A stretch of 63,333 bases of DNA, filler included, from Diploschistes diacapsis (taxonomy: Eukaryota): the NCBI GenBank assembly GCA_023645945.1. It is 13 parts of 13 records of this genome, joined end to end, with 100 filler letters (N's around TTAATTAATTAA, not from the genome) between each part and the next. Parts side by side here need not be neighbours in the genome. Positions count along the whole stretch, not along the records: positions 1 to 22,331 come from JALAIB010000283.1; 12 more parts are not named here. One strand, written 5' to 3'. Shown piece after piece: positions 1-13,894 of the stretch. The position numbers were made by a program, and so were the translations under genes. The notes under the pieces are model-generated. The model was not told the origin of the DNA and ran no database searches. It saw only the letters and a program-made list of their open reading frames with translations. Each line of letters begins with the position of its first letter. Positions within the stretch are counted from its first letter, which is position 1.

Positions 1-1
1 C

Positions 2-877
2 CTCTCCACCATCCCCCTCTCATCGCTAACACTAACGCACATCTGCGCCCCCAAACTGCGCCCCGCCGCCTTTCTGCGCGCAAAAGTCACTAACCCGCTA
101 GCCACTTCCTTCGACTACGGAAACCCAGACACATCGTCAGGTACGCAAGGAGGCACCCCTCTCCTCGGCGGCACCGCAGGTCTCTCCGTCGATGGCACCT
201 TCCTCGGCACGACGACGCTGCCCACCTGCGCGCCGGACGGGGTATTCGTGCTGCCCATGGGCGTCGACACGGCGGTTGGCGTCGAATACGCGGAGCCTAT
301 TTTCAAGAAGGGGATGAGGGGCAGGGGACTGCTGATGGGGATGGGAGCGAAAGAGGAGGTGGAGATTTACAGGCGCGGGGTTGTTTTGAGGAACAGGAGG
401 GGGTTTAGAGGTGTGGTAGGCGCTGAAGGGGGTAATATTGGGGGTTATGGGAATGAGGCTGAAAAGGATGGGGAGAAGGGAGCGAGAAAAGACGGTAGAG
501 ACGGCGGAGCGATACAGGTTTTCGTCGGGGAGCAAGTGCCCGTGTCGGAGGAGGAGCGGGTCAAGGTCGCGGTGCTTGTGCCTCGGGGCTTGAAGGCCGA
601 GGGCGATATCGTAGCTGGATTAGGAGAGGAGCTTGGGTCGGTGGTGGAAGCGGCGATTGGTTTTGGAGGAAAGGAAAAGGGGGAGAGGGATTTGGGGGGA
701 AGTGGAGAAAGAGGTGCGTGTGGTAGGTTAGGGGGAGGATGGGGCAGTGCAACCGCGAAGATGGGCAAGAACGGGATGGTGGAGTGGGATGTTAGGCTTA
801 ATCCTGGGAAGGCAGTGAGGTTGGCGCTCGAGTATGAGGTTAGTTTTCTGAGTGGGGGGAGCCTTGTCGGGAATTAG
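2..877 (+). CDS. DUF4139-domain (mucoidy-inhibitor-like) protein, C-terminal part; 5' end truncated at contig start
   Basis: Frame 2 is open from base 2: ...THICAPKLRPAAFLRAKVTN...PLLGGTAGLSVDGTFLGTTTLPTCAPDGVFVLPMGVDTAVGVEY...VFVGEQVPVSEEERVKV...GMVEWDVRLNPGKAVRLALEYEV, stop TAG at 875-877. The motif order matches fungal DUF4139 proteins as I recall them. Confidence 0.75.
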   Translation, partial: LSTIPLSSLTLTHICAPKLRPAAFLRAKVTNPLATSFDYGNPDTSSGTQGGTPLLGGTAGLSVDGTFLGTTTLPTCAPDGVFVLPMGVDTAVGVEYAEPIFKKGMRGRGLLMGMGAKEEVEIYRRGVVLRNRRGFRGVVGAEGGNIGGYGNEAEKDGEKGARKDGRDGGAIQVFVGEQVPVSEEERVKVAVLVPRGLKAEGDIVAGLGEELGSVVEAAIGFGGKEKGERDLGGSGERGACGRLGGGWGSATAKMGKNGMVEWDVRLNPGKAVRLALEYEVSFLSGGSLVGN

Positions 878-3800
878 TGTGTTGGTCTTTCGGAAAACTC
901 GGGTGGAGTGACTGCGAAGTCTTGGTTGTTTTGCGTCAAGGTAATGGTGTGTGTCCATCACCATCACGAATGATGCTAGCGACAAGTCAGAGATCGTCCG
1001 GAATGAATTCTGTGGTAAGAATTTAGCATCCCCTGTGACACATGAATGTGCTGAAGAATAAAAAGACCGCAGTAACTCCTGCATCTCCAACCTAATCGCA
1101 ATGTATGTTCGCATGCAAAGGCAAAAGTACAGTGCAGGTAACCGCAATTAAGGTAAGTTTTGGGCCTAATGCGAAACTCACCGCGTTCAATACTCGGCGG
1201 CATCCCTCTACCTTCCAGCCTAATAGGGCCGTGGCTCCGTCGAGGTGGCTGGAAACTGCTCGAACATCTTTCGCAATCGAGTTCTCGGTCCCGAGTAGGC
1301 TTGACAGAGAGAGAGACACCGCGGAAGTCGGGCACAGATGCGCGAAATAATCCTAAGCGTAGGAGGATCTGCATCTTGTTAAATCACACAAGGCAGAGCA
1401 AAGGCAGTCGCCAAAGCTGCAGCTAGTTGATGACACAATGCCTTGTCATAGCACATGCGCACAGGTTCTTAAAGCCGAGCTGGGCAACATGCTCGAGCCT
1501 TTGTTCGGCTCTCCTACCAGCTTTCCATAGTGCCAGTGCGCATACAGGGCCGGCTAGCGATCAGGCATCCGTGTGAGTTCGAACCTACCTACGGACCGTA
1601 TGCCCTTCCGGACGGGCATGAAACTGCTCCGTGTGTCCGTGTTGGGAGACACATATATTCTTTTGCTTTAGGCACACCTCGACTTGCCAGTACCTGGAGT
1701 CTCCCAGGCTTACCGATTATAGTTGCCTTGTTGGCCTAGGAGAAATTGGGCAAATTCACATGTCGGATGTTGGATGCTCTATAGCAGCAGCTCATCGTCT
1801 TGCCAATCCAAGCTTGCCGCAGCAGAACATAACGAAGAGCGTTGAACCTACCTCGGTCAGTGCTGGTGCCGCATTTGCTAGATTAGTGACAACGTTCGAC
1901 AGCCCTATACGGCGTCAACTCGGGGACGGACAGACTGCGTTCACTGCTATGCAGTATAGCAGCTCGGGATACAAGCGCGTTGCAGAACGCAAACGCTAAC
2001 AGTCACACTTTGGGGATTTGCAAAAGACATAACGAGTCCCGTCGCGCTCCAATGATCAGACATGAGATCGGATAGCATATTGCACAGGCAAATGCCGTTA
2101 TCTGGAACAAATTGGAAAACTCTGAGTAATTGACTTCAGCGATCGGTGGCCACAAAGACTGTTGGAAACACGCGATTCTGTACCTTCAAGAGTTCTCCGC
2201 CATAGTGGAGGCCATTGAGGGTCCGCAAGCATGCCCTATTCCTAGCTATCATACGGCCCCACCAAGCCTGGCGTCCACAAAGCCTATCTTGCCGTGAAAC
2301 AGTGACATCGGTCAGGTTAACCTAAGTCAGCCATTACCCCGTTTGCTATAACGATGGGCAATACCACTGATACATTGTATGGCACGAATGCGACTCGCAA
2401 GGGCTAGGGGCGGTCTTGTTGGCTGTGAGAGAGCGACCAATGCTATGTAAAATGTATGACGGCGCAGGACGGAACAGTGACAGAATTTGTCATCCAATCC
2501 TCGGTACATTGTAGTAATATTCCTTTGAACAGAACATGTGCAATACAGGTGGCGTTGCAGAACCGTCAAACAAATGCCAAGAAGTTTTACATCAAGCGCT
2601 CGAATAGGGAGTTTTCACCGTTTCTAGAAGCGAATCAGATTGCTGCGGCTTTGATCGGAACACCAATACTCAATAAAGAAAGTTCTCTAAGAATATTTTT
2701 AGACGGCTTCTAGAAGTGCGCTAGAAGTTTTTCTGGAATACGCTAGAATCATTTAAGAAATACGCTAGATATTTTCTAGAACTGCACTAGATTGTTTCAG
2801 AAGCTTACCCCTGTAGGGTCGGGCGGACCGACGGCAGTGGTAAATTAGCCGAACGGCGTTAACGTGTGATGCGCGGTATACCTTGATTCGTCAAAGATCC
2901 TTTTCCATTCTAACGCTCATCTGGGCCTATAAAGAATTCTTTAGCTGTCAGCCTCCGGAACATACACCAGTACCAAGGATTAACGGAGATCATCTATCGA
3001 CACCAGAAACTGTGACCAGTAAGTACTATGCAAGCGCGATGAGAAGGCTAACGAAGGGTTTATCTCGTCAATCTTTATTCAGTCCTCTGCATCAATAAAG
3101 AAAATATAGCAGGATACTTCAACTACGCCACACATACCAACGCTTTGCGACACAACCCTGTGAAGCGTCTGCTGGCTGTCGCAAAGAAGTGAGGGATATT
3201 TTCTCGTAAATAGAACTGCGCCCGTGTTTGGTTCGGCTCTTTGACCCGCATCTCGAACCTCTCGACGATGGATACCGAATAATGGAAGGGGACTCGTTTC
3301 TGGAAGTTCATAAGTGGGTAGTAGAAGCCTCCCATACAAGTCGCGCTGAGTATGAATCGTTGCAAAACCTCAAGGGCCGCGACCACCTAATTCTTTGTGA
3401 AATAACGTATTTAACCAACCCGATGGTGCTGGCCAGTGGTTCAAAGGTCCTTCTGGGCGAGCATCCCAATCATGCTGCCAACGTGCAGAACTAGAGTCCA
3501 CTCAATAGCCGTGTTGTTGAAGGGTCCATATACTTTATCTCTGTGCTCCTACTACTGAATGTACTAACCTCCATATTTTTGATCCGGGTCGATTCCAGAC
3601 TTCTGGCCGTCCATCAGTCAGGCGAAGCAGCTAAAGCCCATACACGTTTCCGTCATATCATCGCTCGGACGTCTTTGGTTCAAGCAATCAGCAGCTTCAA
3701 CCGCGCACGATTGACACACCATAACCTTCGATGTTGCAACAAGTTTGTTCTTGCCTAAATTTCGACGCACCGTCAAGTTTTGTAAACGTTTAATATGACC

Positions 3801-6800
3801 AACTATTTCCATAACGAAATATATTGATGGTCCTTCCTTTGGCCGAGCTAGATATTGCGTTGCAGTCCCAGCTCGGAATCGCGTATCGACTCTCTTTATA
3901 CCTTGTAGTCAGCACAACAACAGTCCTCGGCGGCAAGACATCGGGACCCGAGAAGAGCAAGAGGTATTATAACTGGTAAAATTTACAGCGGCTAGAGGGC
4001 GGACTCGCGATTGGAACATTTGACTGCGGCCAGACATCGGCTCGTCCAAAGTCCATCTAGTCAAGTAACTCTGCACCAGGCGGACATCTTCTGTCCATTT
4101 TCGAGCATTGGTCGCATCTCTAATCGCGACTGTGTAATCCCCCTGTAGTGGTACCAGTAATGAAGCTGCAGCATTTTCAGGCCGCCAGAGCTGTTCCGAA
4201 CCATTCCGGCTCAGCAGTCACTTTCTTCATCCACGAGATTGATCTGTTTTATCGGGAAAGCTCCCTGACGACAGTGATATGTATGACGGTTGCGACACTC
4301 ACATCTCTGCGAATCAATCTCCTGGTCTTTTGTGCTGTTATGGACATGGCCAGCAGGTGCGACGATTAGACGGAGTCCTCCACATGCAAAATGGGCGAAT
4401 AGACCAAGGGAAGACTTGCGTAACGCACTGCCGATCACATCACAGCCCAATTGCCCGTGAGTGTCAGAATATGGCTACGGACCCAAGGCACGTCCGATAG
4501 CACGTCTTGAGAAATGCCGCGTACTCCGAGAAGCTTTGAATCAACCAGTTCTGAAAGCTTCTGCACAGGAACGCATTCCACAAAGGCGGCATCCCAGATA
4601 GCTGCATTCAAAGGTATCGATTCGGACTTTGATTTCGCGACAAGTTGCAAGCGAAATTGCCTTCCACACCAACTTAGGCGTTTCAACTACACTTGATCAA
4701 GCCACTTCGTGTTTTGAACTCTGTTCAGTTCCAGATCAGATAGGCATGAGTTAATCCTGGCAATATTCTAAGTGCTTAAAGAGTTTCATTAGTGGGGACC
4801 GAGAAGCAAAATCTTAATGGTCTAGCATACTATTCACCCATAATAGCATGCCGATGGCCGATATCGACCTTCAAGAAGCCTATTCCAAACAAGACGTGCT
4901 TGACCATCTATACGCACCAAACAATCTCATGCCGCCCTGGGTCAGTGCAAGTACGAGGGGGTGATCTCAAGACTCTATGACATTGGAATGTAGTCAACTC
5001 AAGCAGTAGAAATACACACCTCCGAAGGCTGCAGAAGAACCTGACAGTGCCGTGGCATAGGAATGGAACTAGCGCCTGCAGGGTCCAGCCAAGTTGCTCC
5101 TTGTCATGGCTTGGCTTATTCTGTCATATAAAATAGTTCTTATCTATGCGTAGACCAGGGTGCCAAAGGACAATGTCGCTTTAGGAAAACTAGGTAGGCG
5201 CCGCTGCTTGGCTCTTTCTGAGTATTGCTGGTAAGGCTCGCACTTGGGATAAAGGGATTGGCAATGGCTGGTAGGGAATCCCGACACGCAATCGCTGGGG
5301 CTCGTCTGTGGTGATACTAAGTAGGGTGAACATGGAGATCTGTGCTGTTGATAGTGATATGATATGACATCTTTCTGACGATGGTGGTGCAGCAAAATGC
5401 GCGGAATATTTGGAGAAAGCCAAAGCCATCCACACAGACGCTTTGTTGGTTGGTGGTACCCGACGCTGAGCACTCGAGGGCTTTTGGAGGGGCTTCAATA
5501 ACTTCGTACCGGCGAAATTTCCTAACACTCAGAACTACCACCAACTTGGGATAAAGTGCACATAAAAGCTGAAATTGTTTGCACAGAGGATAAGAGAATA
5601 GGCGTTGGTCGAGTATCACTCTAGATATCTGCTTGTCACTTTTTTCTTTCTTTTTCGCGTGGTAAGTCGCATGGTTCCATCACAAATTAGTGATGCTTGT
5701 GCTATGATGTAGCAATATTCTTTGCTTTGAACGGTCATGATGGCAAGACCGTTTGATGTTATTAAGAGATCTGTTGTCACGGCCACGTGGTGAAAGATCG
5801 CAATTTAAAAAAAGCGGGTTGCTAACCGGACCACTCGCGGGGGCATAGTGGCAGTTACCAGAGAGATCGACTGTTGTTGATGTTTCATGTTGGAGGGTGT
5901 GAATGGTTCAAAGATCGTGAAGTTCAAAGGCTCGGTATAGCAAAAAGAGTCACGAGATGCTGCGCCCTCGAACCGGTCAGCTTCATCAGCGGGCTGAAAT
6001 TTTGGCAGAGCTCCTTCATGGAGAGCGTTTTGTTCGAGTTCGATCATGGATCGCGGAAAATTCATGAAGGAACATGGAAGCCAAGCCAAGAAACAGCCTA
6101 GAAGCTTCACGGTTTCTCTCCCTGACGTCAAACCCTGTCTGTGCATGCCGATCAGGATCCACGTACGTTGTATTGTGTAAGCCACGGCGGATGGATCATT
6201 GGCACACGGTCAAGATGCCGTACCAAGAGCACTCCGTCCAGGACGACTTAAGGCCGTTATTCTTTGCTGCTACCTCTAGGTAAGTAGCGTTCGCCTTCGA
6301 CACCCAGCTGCTGTATTTCAAGCCTCGTCAATGTACTTAAGATACGCCGCCGCAACGTGGCACCTACAACAACGTAAAGACAAATAGAGTGGCGGCATCT
6401 AACGCCCGTAAGCAGCAGCATAAATCAGAGGCACAGGGAAACAATAAGACATGCAGTACCGTGAATTCATTGGAATGCAGTGTGGAGAGGATGGGTTCGG
6501 CGGATCCCGCGGCCATAATCATTATTACCACTCAGTGTTCGTGCTTGTACAGGCCGCTGCGGGTGAGATGCAAAGTTGCAGTCACCTGCAGTATTATCTT
6601 GTACAACACAGTCCAATTTCGTCGTAGAGAGACAGAAAGGAAATTCTTTGCTAGAGCGCCCTATTCTTACTGCAGCGCCTTTGAAAAGAAGAGGTTTCAA
6701 TAGCTTGCCTAACAAAAGGGACGCCCTCGGGTCACAGATGGGCAACAAGGAAGGCAGGTAAAAGTAGCCTATAACAATTTGAGCCTCTGAGCACAACCGC

Positions 6801-7065
6801 ACGCTTAGCTGTGATCAGGTATAGCAGCGGGTATAAGGGAATCATTCTAGGACTTACTAGTACTAGCGGTGGACGTAAATAGCTGAGAGTAGTTGCTTGT
6901 AAGTAACGGGCGTTGCCACACAGAGCCGGAGGATATTCGTGAAAAGGCGTCTGGGTCTGGGGATGGAATGGGATGGCAAACTGCAAGATGCAAGATGCGC
7001 GCGGAGAAGTGTGTGTGAGAGGTTTTAAATCGTACGGAGTAAAAAAAGCCAAAAGGAAAAAAAAG

Positions 7066-7548
7066 CCTCTCTCTCTCTCTCTCTGTATATCCGATGTGTC
7101 AGTGTGTGGCTGCTCGCTTAAACCAAAAGCGTAGTTGTGCGGCCTCTACCTACGCACGTATCTATTCAGTACTGGGAGTACCACAAAGTTGCAGGAGTAT
7201 AGAAGTAACTTCCGGGACTAGTACTACTACTGCCACTACTACCATTACTACTACCACTACTACCACTACTACCACCATTACTACCACTACCACCACCCAC
7301 ACAAACAAACAACACAACTTCCTCCACCCCCCAACTCAACTCGGACCTCTCTTTTATTATTTCTACACCTTTCAGCAAAACTTTGCACATCTAGAAACCA
7401 GAAACCTCGAATGCTATATCAAATCTTCAATTCCTCTTAGTTTCCCTTTCCCATCATTCTGCTGCGCGAATTGATAAGACATACTCAGATCCAACGTCCA
7501 CTTCACTCCACTCCACTCCACTCCACTCCACTCCCCTCCACTCCACTC
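7066..7548. repeat. Microsatellite cluster: (CT)n ~7066-7084, (ACT/ACC)n ~7221-7297, (CACTC)n ~7503-7548
   Basis: Directly visible simple repeats in the long region upstream of the C2H2 gene. Confidence 0.9.
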
Positions 7549-8965
7549 ATACAGCTACCCAGTACGCTCGCTACCTGACGTCGGGGTGCTGTCGTAGTAG
7601 CCAACCCCCCTCGAGCACAGCACCTGCCTCCGACACCACCGACTCTATTGTTACCGGAAGTTCGCCCTGTCTCCTTTAAAAAAAACACAGCTGGAGTGGC
7701 AGTTTTGCTGGGCATGGCAGTATCATCGTCAGTCTCGAAGGATATCGCACAGCATTTAAAGAACACGACACCCCTCCAACATTCGCTATTCTGTCAGGCA
7801 TCCAACGTGGAACTTAAGCCAAAGCCACAGCCGTGCGTGCCGACCAACGAAGCGACCTTCTCCAGCTCTCTACAGGGAGCCTAGTTGACCCTGAACATAC
7901 CACACGCTTTTTAAGGCTTCATCTTCACCTCTTCCTGAGAGCTACTAGGAAGATAGAAGTTCCCGCGCTGGACTGCACTCTTTACCTGTCCGAAAAAAAG
8001 TTGACCAAAAAGTCTGGGAATAACTGCGCTCGTTGGATAAGAGAGGCGAAGGGCAAACACAGTTTCGGTAAGTGTGGATGAGCTTGGGCTGAAGCGCAGA
8101 CATGATCTTGAGATGCAGTCTCATCGAACATCGCTTGAACTGCTGCTAACACAAACAAAGGTCTCGCTTGAGAGCGTGTGTCGAGATCCGCGACCACCTA
8201 CCTCTAGATTTGTTAACGCTCCGGAGGGAAGCACAGTAGGGTGATCTCGCTCAAGGACGGCATTTGCTGGGTTCCAAACTCTTGGACGAACAGCTGGGCC
8301 GAGCGCAATACATGCATCTGGCCGCTATTTTTGAGCTTCCTAAATTCTGTGTTGCCCCAAATTCTGCAAGCGCTTGCGGGTAGCTACCTGGGCAATCCGA
8401 TCCGAGACAGCTCTGCAACCTCGACGCCTCAAACCTAGACCGCGACTGATCCCTCTTGAAAAGAAACAGTTTTCGCTCTCGCAAGACCGCTCTTTATACA
8501 TCGCCAAATATCACGTGGGCCATATCACATCCCAGTATCGACTGAACCCTCAAGAAACCATCTGACACCGTGAAAGAATTTTCCTCTCGACAGGCCAACT
8601 TACAGACGTCAAGGAGGATCAGATTCAGCAGTCTAGTGAGTAGTCCTTTTTTGCTCCCCCACGGTTCGCACACTGGATAGATGAATGTGACGCGCCAAGG
8701 CTTGAGATTTCAATATCTGATGAAATTTTGCTTGGGTCATAAGCAGGCTCTGAAGTGTTTGAGACGGTACCGAGCCCTATTCAGACGCCTTTTCGCACTC
8801 TTTGGGCCAATATTGGACTCTTTGATTCCTAGATCAGTGACTGCTTCAGTCATCAAAATTCGGTTGCACGATTATCTTACTAATGCAGCTATCCAAGCAG
8901 GTGTTCGGCCGAAACCCAAATACCAGTTTACAGTACTATAAAGCTATACTTTTACACTCTTCCAA

Positions 8966-10438
<1,473 letters not shown>

Positions 10439-11197
10439 GGCTCTGCGTCCTCTGGGAAGGGGTTATGATACCGACAGCAGAAAAAGGGTTTCTATGGTAT
10501 TTGTACTAGGTACTTGCCTGAAAATTTGCTCTGGTTCGGCTTATCCTTCCTTTGCGGAATTAGGAAGATGAGGATGTGAAGAAAGTGGCAAACCAAAAGC
10601 AATGGTTTGGTAGAGATCCGGGCCAGGATTATGCCGTGACGAAACAATGTATGCTTAAAAGTCGATCGAGGTGGTTTCCTTGTTATTGCGTTCAGCGGGT
10701 GGCAGGCTATCTGTTTTACTGGGTTTTGTGGGAGGACTCGTTACGCAGATTAGGATAAGGAGTTAGGACGCTGTACCTGTACGATACTTGGCAGAACTAC
10801 GCCGAGAAGGTTCACATTGAGATTGTAGGATCAGGGGGGGGGGGGAGAAAACAGACTGTCACAAGTGCCGGTTTACCAAACCCAAGTGCCGTGATGGGTA
10901 CCTTGGGTGCGTATATGCTTTACAAGCTATTGATATAACTTACCCTCATTGCAAACAACAAAACAGGTGATGGTTGTATACGCACCCCATGGCAGCAGCC
11001 TTTGCCGCATCGGTAAACATGGCCTCGAATCTAAAAGATGTCCGCTACATCTTCACGGCAAAGCCTCTGGTACGCACATGCATATATATCCACATGGCAT
11101 CCCACTCAACCGCGCCCCATTCTTGCCACGTCAAAATCGTAAACTGTTGGATGACCCCAAACCAGCTGACCAAAATCAACCTCGTCTTCTTTCCCGC

Positions 11198-11777
11198 ACA
11201 ACAACAACAACAACAACAACAACAGCCTGCGTTCCTATGTTACCCAGGTGCCAGCTAGGTACCTAGTACATGCCCCCGATATATCACTCTACATCCTCGC
11301 CAGCCTGATAGCCGCGCGGAGAGGTTGTACCGGGTACCCGGCTACCGGGTACCGGGCCCCCCGCTGCCTAGGAAGCCCTTGAGGATTTGGGGAAGGTAAT
11401 CTAGGGACGACCATAAAGAAACAGTCAGACGCCCATCAACCACCCGGGATGCCCCCCATGCCCCCCTTGCTGTTTTATTCTCTGCTATGCTCTGCCTTGC
11501 GGCAAAGCCCACGGGTTTTTTTTTTTTTTTTTTTTTTTTTGCTCTTCGTAAAAAAGTTCGTAGGTGGTATACGCAAGGAGCAAGGAGAAGCGGGGGCGCG
11601 GGTGTGGGGCGTTGTGGTTGTGATTGGGTTTGCAGATGCCGCTGTTCGTCGTGGGATCTGTAACCCTCCTCGAAAGGGCGGTGTGGGATTGCGTTTTTGG
11701 TGTGGGTGGGTAGCAGGCGCACGTTGTGAGGTTGTACGGCGAGTCGTTTGATGGTAGGGTGTTTAAAGGGGCTTGGC

Positions 11778-11810
<33 letters not shown>
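11198..11810. repeat. Simple repeats: (CAA)n ~11198-11224, poly-T ~11515-11540, (GCT)n ~11783-11810
   Basis: Directly visible. The overlapping polyQ/polyC/polyK ORFs in the track are by-products of these repeats. Confidence 0.9.
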
Positions 11811-13450
11811 GGGCCTCTGGTATTTCGTGACTAATGTTAGGCACTCGGGGGTGTGTGTGAGTTGTGTGCGGGGCGATGAGAGTGGAAGTCGCTTCGGCCT
11901 CGTGGGGGCTGCTGCTGGTATATTATATGGCTGTAAAGAGAACGAGTCGGAGGCTGGAGGTGGGATTATCCGATACATCGTATGGCGCATACTTGGCTAG
12001 CTTTTTCTTACGTCCATCCCATCTCCCTCGCTGTTTGAACGTAGCAGCAGCCAGCACCCAGTCCATGCGCCGATCTTGTTTCGGATACCTCAGGATTCAT
12101 CAGCTAGAGAGAAAGTGCGTTTTGCCTCGTGGCTGCTGGCGTGCGAACATCCCGGCGAGGTGAGCGGCTACTTAGTCTAGTGCTTTCATTCGCTGAAGGG
12201 AGTGCATTAGGGAGTTATGGTCAATCAAGGAGCTGAAAGGGCATATCTCTTGGGTGCTCTCTTGGCGTTTGCTTTTGCACCCACAATATACGTCCAGGAG
12301 ACGGATGAAGATGATGTTGAACAACTAAAAACAACCTTACACCCTGTTGTACCACAAGAGTGCTCTCCAATATTATTGTCCTGCCTTCATCAGATGAGAA
12401 TTGATCCGCGCCTATTCATGAATGGGCTTATAAGAGTGCAATCGGTTAGCGTATATGGTAAACTAATCGGCATTGCATAAATCATAAAAAACCAGCCAAA
12501 ACCAGCCAAATTATCAGACGATAATTTGGCTCCATACGCAGTATTATATACAATTGTGCGTCTGCAACGACAAGAGGGGCGCGCAAACCTAATGTGTCGG
12601 TTGCGTTTTAGAGTCGTTACCGTACACACTCGATGACCTCGCGTTAGGGCTCGAGCTCTTTTGAAGCTGAGTTGTAATGCACATGCCTCACTACTGGCTC
12701 CGGAGGGCGACGTCGATGTGCCTGCCATGTTATTAGGAAACGCTGCCCGCTGTGCCAGTGGCGATCTGGTGGCAACCCACTCATCGCATGCAGAAGGGAG
12801 TGAGCTTGTGCTATTCTGTTCAAAGTATTACCGAGGATTGGGAGAGATGCTTTTCCAGCTGCGAGAGGTTGGTGGATTGATAAAAAATCAATACATGTCG
12901 AACAGGGGCAGAGAACCAAATGTAATGCTGGGACTTTGTTCTGCACAAGAATCGGCTCAGTGAAGGCAGAGTGTGAGGTCAAGTACATCTTTCTCAAGGC
13001 CTTTTGGCTCTCCTTGTGTCATTGCTGTTACACAACTCCTCATTCGCCAGGAGCAAAAGAGACGATATGGTGAGAAATGAGTCGTTTCGCTTCAAGCTAC
13101 GGTATGTTGTTCATTTTACGACTTTTACCTGTTTGTTTTTTCTTCTACAGGATGCTCCCTGTCTTCACAGTGTTAAATTATGTCGGCATTCTGACCATGT
13201 TACCACCATCCCTTACTTACCACAGCGGGCACGGCCGGGATGCACGCTGTCTAAGGGATATGTCCAAAATACCCCTCGAACTCTTCATGAATAAGTCAAA
13301 GGCCGCACTTTTCATGCTCGGGTCCCCTTGTCTGGAAAGTTAGCCACAAAGTCACCAGCAGTAGCAGGCTAGTCAAAATCGAATCCAACTCTATTGATAC
13401 TAAGCACTCGATCACGGTTACCTTGACAGCATTGCAAGCGATCTTGTACC

Positions 13451-13894
13451 ATGGCTCCCTTCCTACCCCGAGCCGCCCCCAACTTTTCCTCTTCCATAGA
13501 CGACGGTACCCTCAACCTCGCCCGCTCCAAATCTGCTCCTACAAACCCCTCCGCAAACCTGGGCCCTCCAGCCGCAGCGCTCGTCTTCATCGTTTGGGCC
13601 GCTCTCATTTGCGGCCTCTGTCTAGCCGGCCTCTTCGGACAGTGCTTGGAGAAGTGTGTGAGGAGGAAGAAGACCGACGAAAAGGGTGTTGATAATCACG
13701 GCAGAAAAACAGCTGGGGCAAATGGGTATGAGCCGAAGGAACAGGGCATGGCGGAGAAGCTGCCGGCTTATGAAGAGATCGAGGTTCCGAAGCGGGCGCT
13801 CGCCTTGGGAAGTTTGGACACACTACCGAGATATGAGGCTTCCGAAGTTGGAGCTAGGAACAAGGTGCTTGACTATGTTGCAAGGCTAAGATGA
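13451..13894 (+). CDS. Small single-pass membrane protein (147 aa) with two cytosolic LPxY (PY-like) motifs
   Basis: ATG in ACCATGG context; hydrophobic helix AAALVFIVWAALICGLCLAGLFG followed by a basic stop-transfer RRKK; tail contains LPAYEE and LPRYE; no intron needed. Confidence 0.7.
   Translation: MAPFLPRAAPNFSSSIDDGTLNLARSKSAPTNPSANLGPPAAALVFIVWAALICGLCLAGLFGQCLEKCVRRKKTDEKGVDNHGRKTAGANGYEPKEQGMAEKLPAYEEIEVPKRALALGSLDTLPRYEASEVGARNKVLDYVARLR

Noticed and set aside
2900..5620. Scattered 60-110 aa ORFs that could be a decayed gene
   Set aside because: No recognisable motif, no consistent frame or splice pattern.
12217..13340. Signal-peptide-like ORF (LLGALLAFAFAP) and downstream fragments suggesting a secreted-protein pseudogene
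   Set aside because: Could not join the fragments with credible introns or assign a family; insufficient support.
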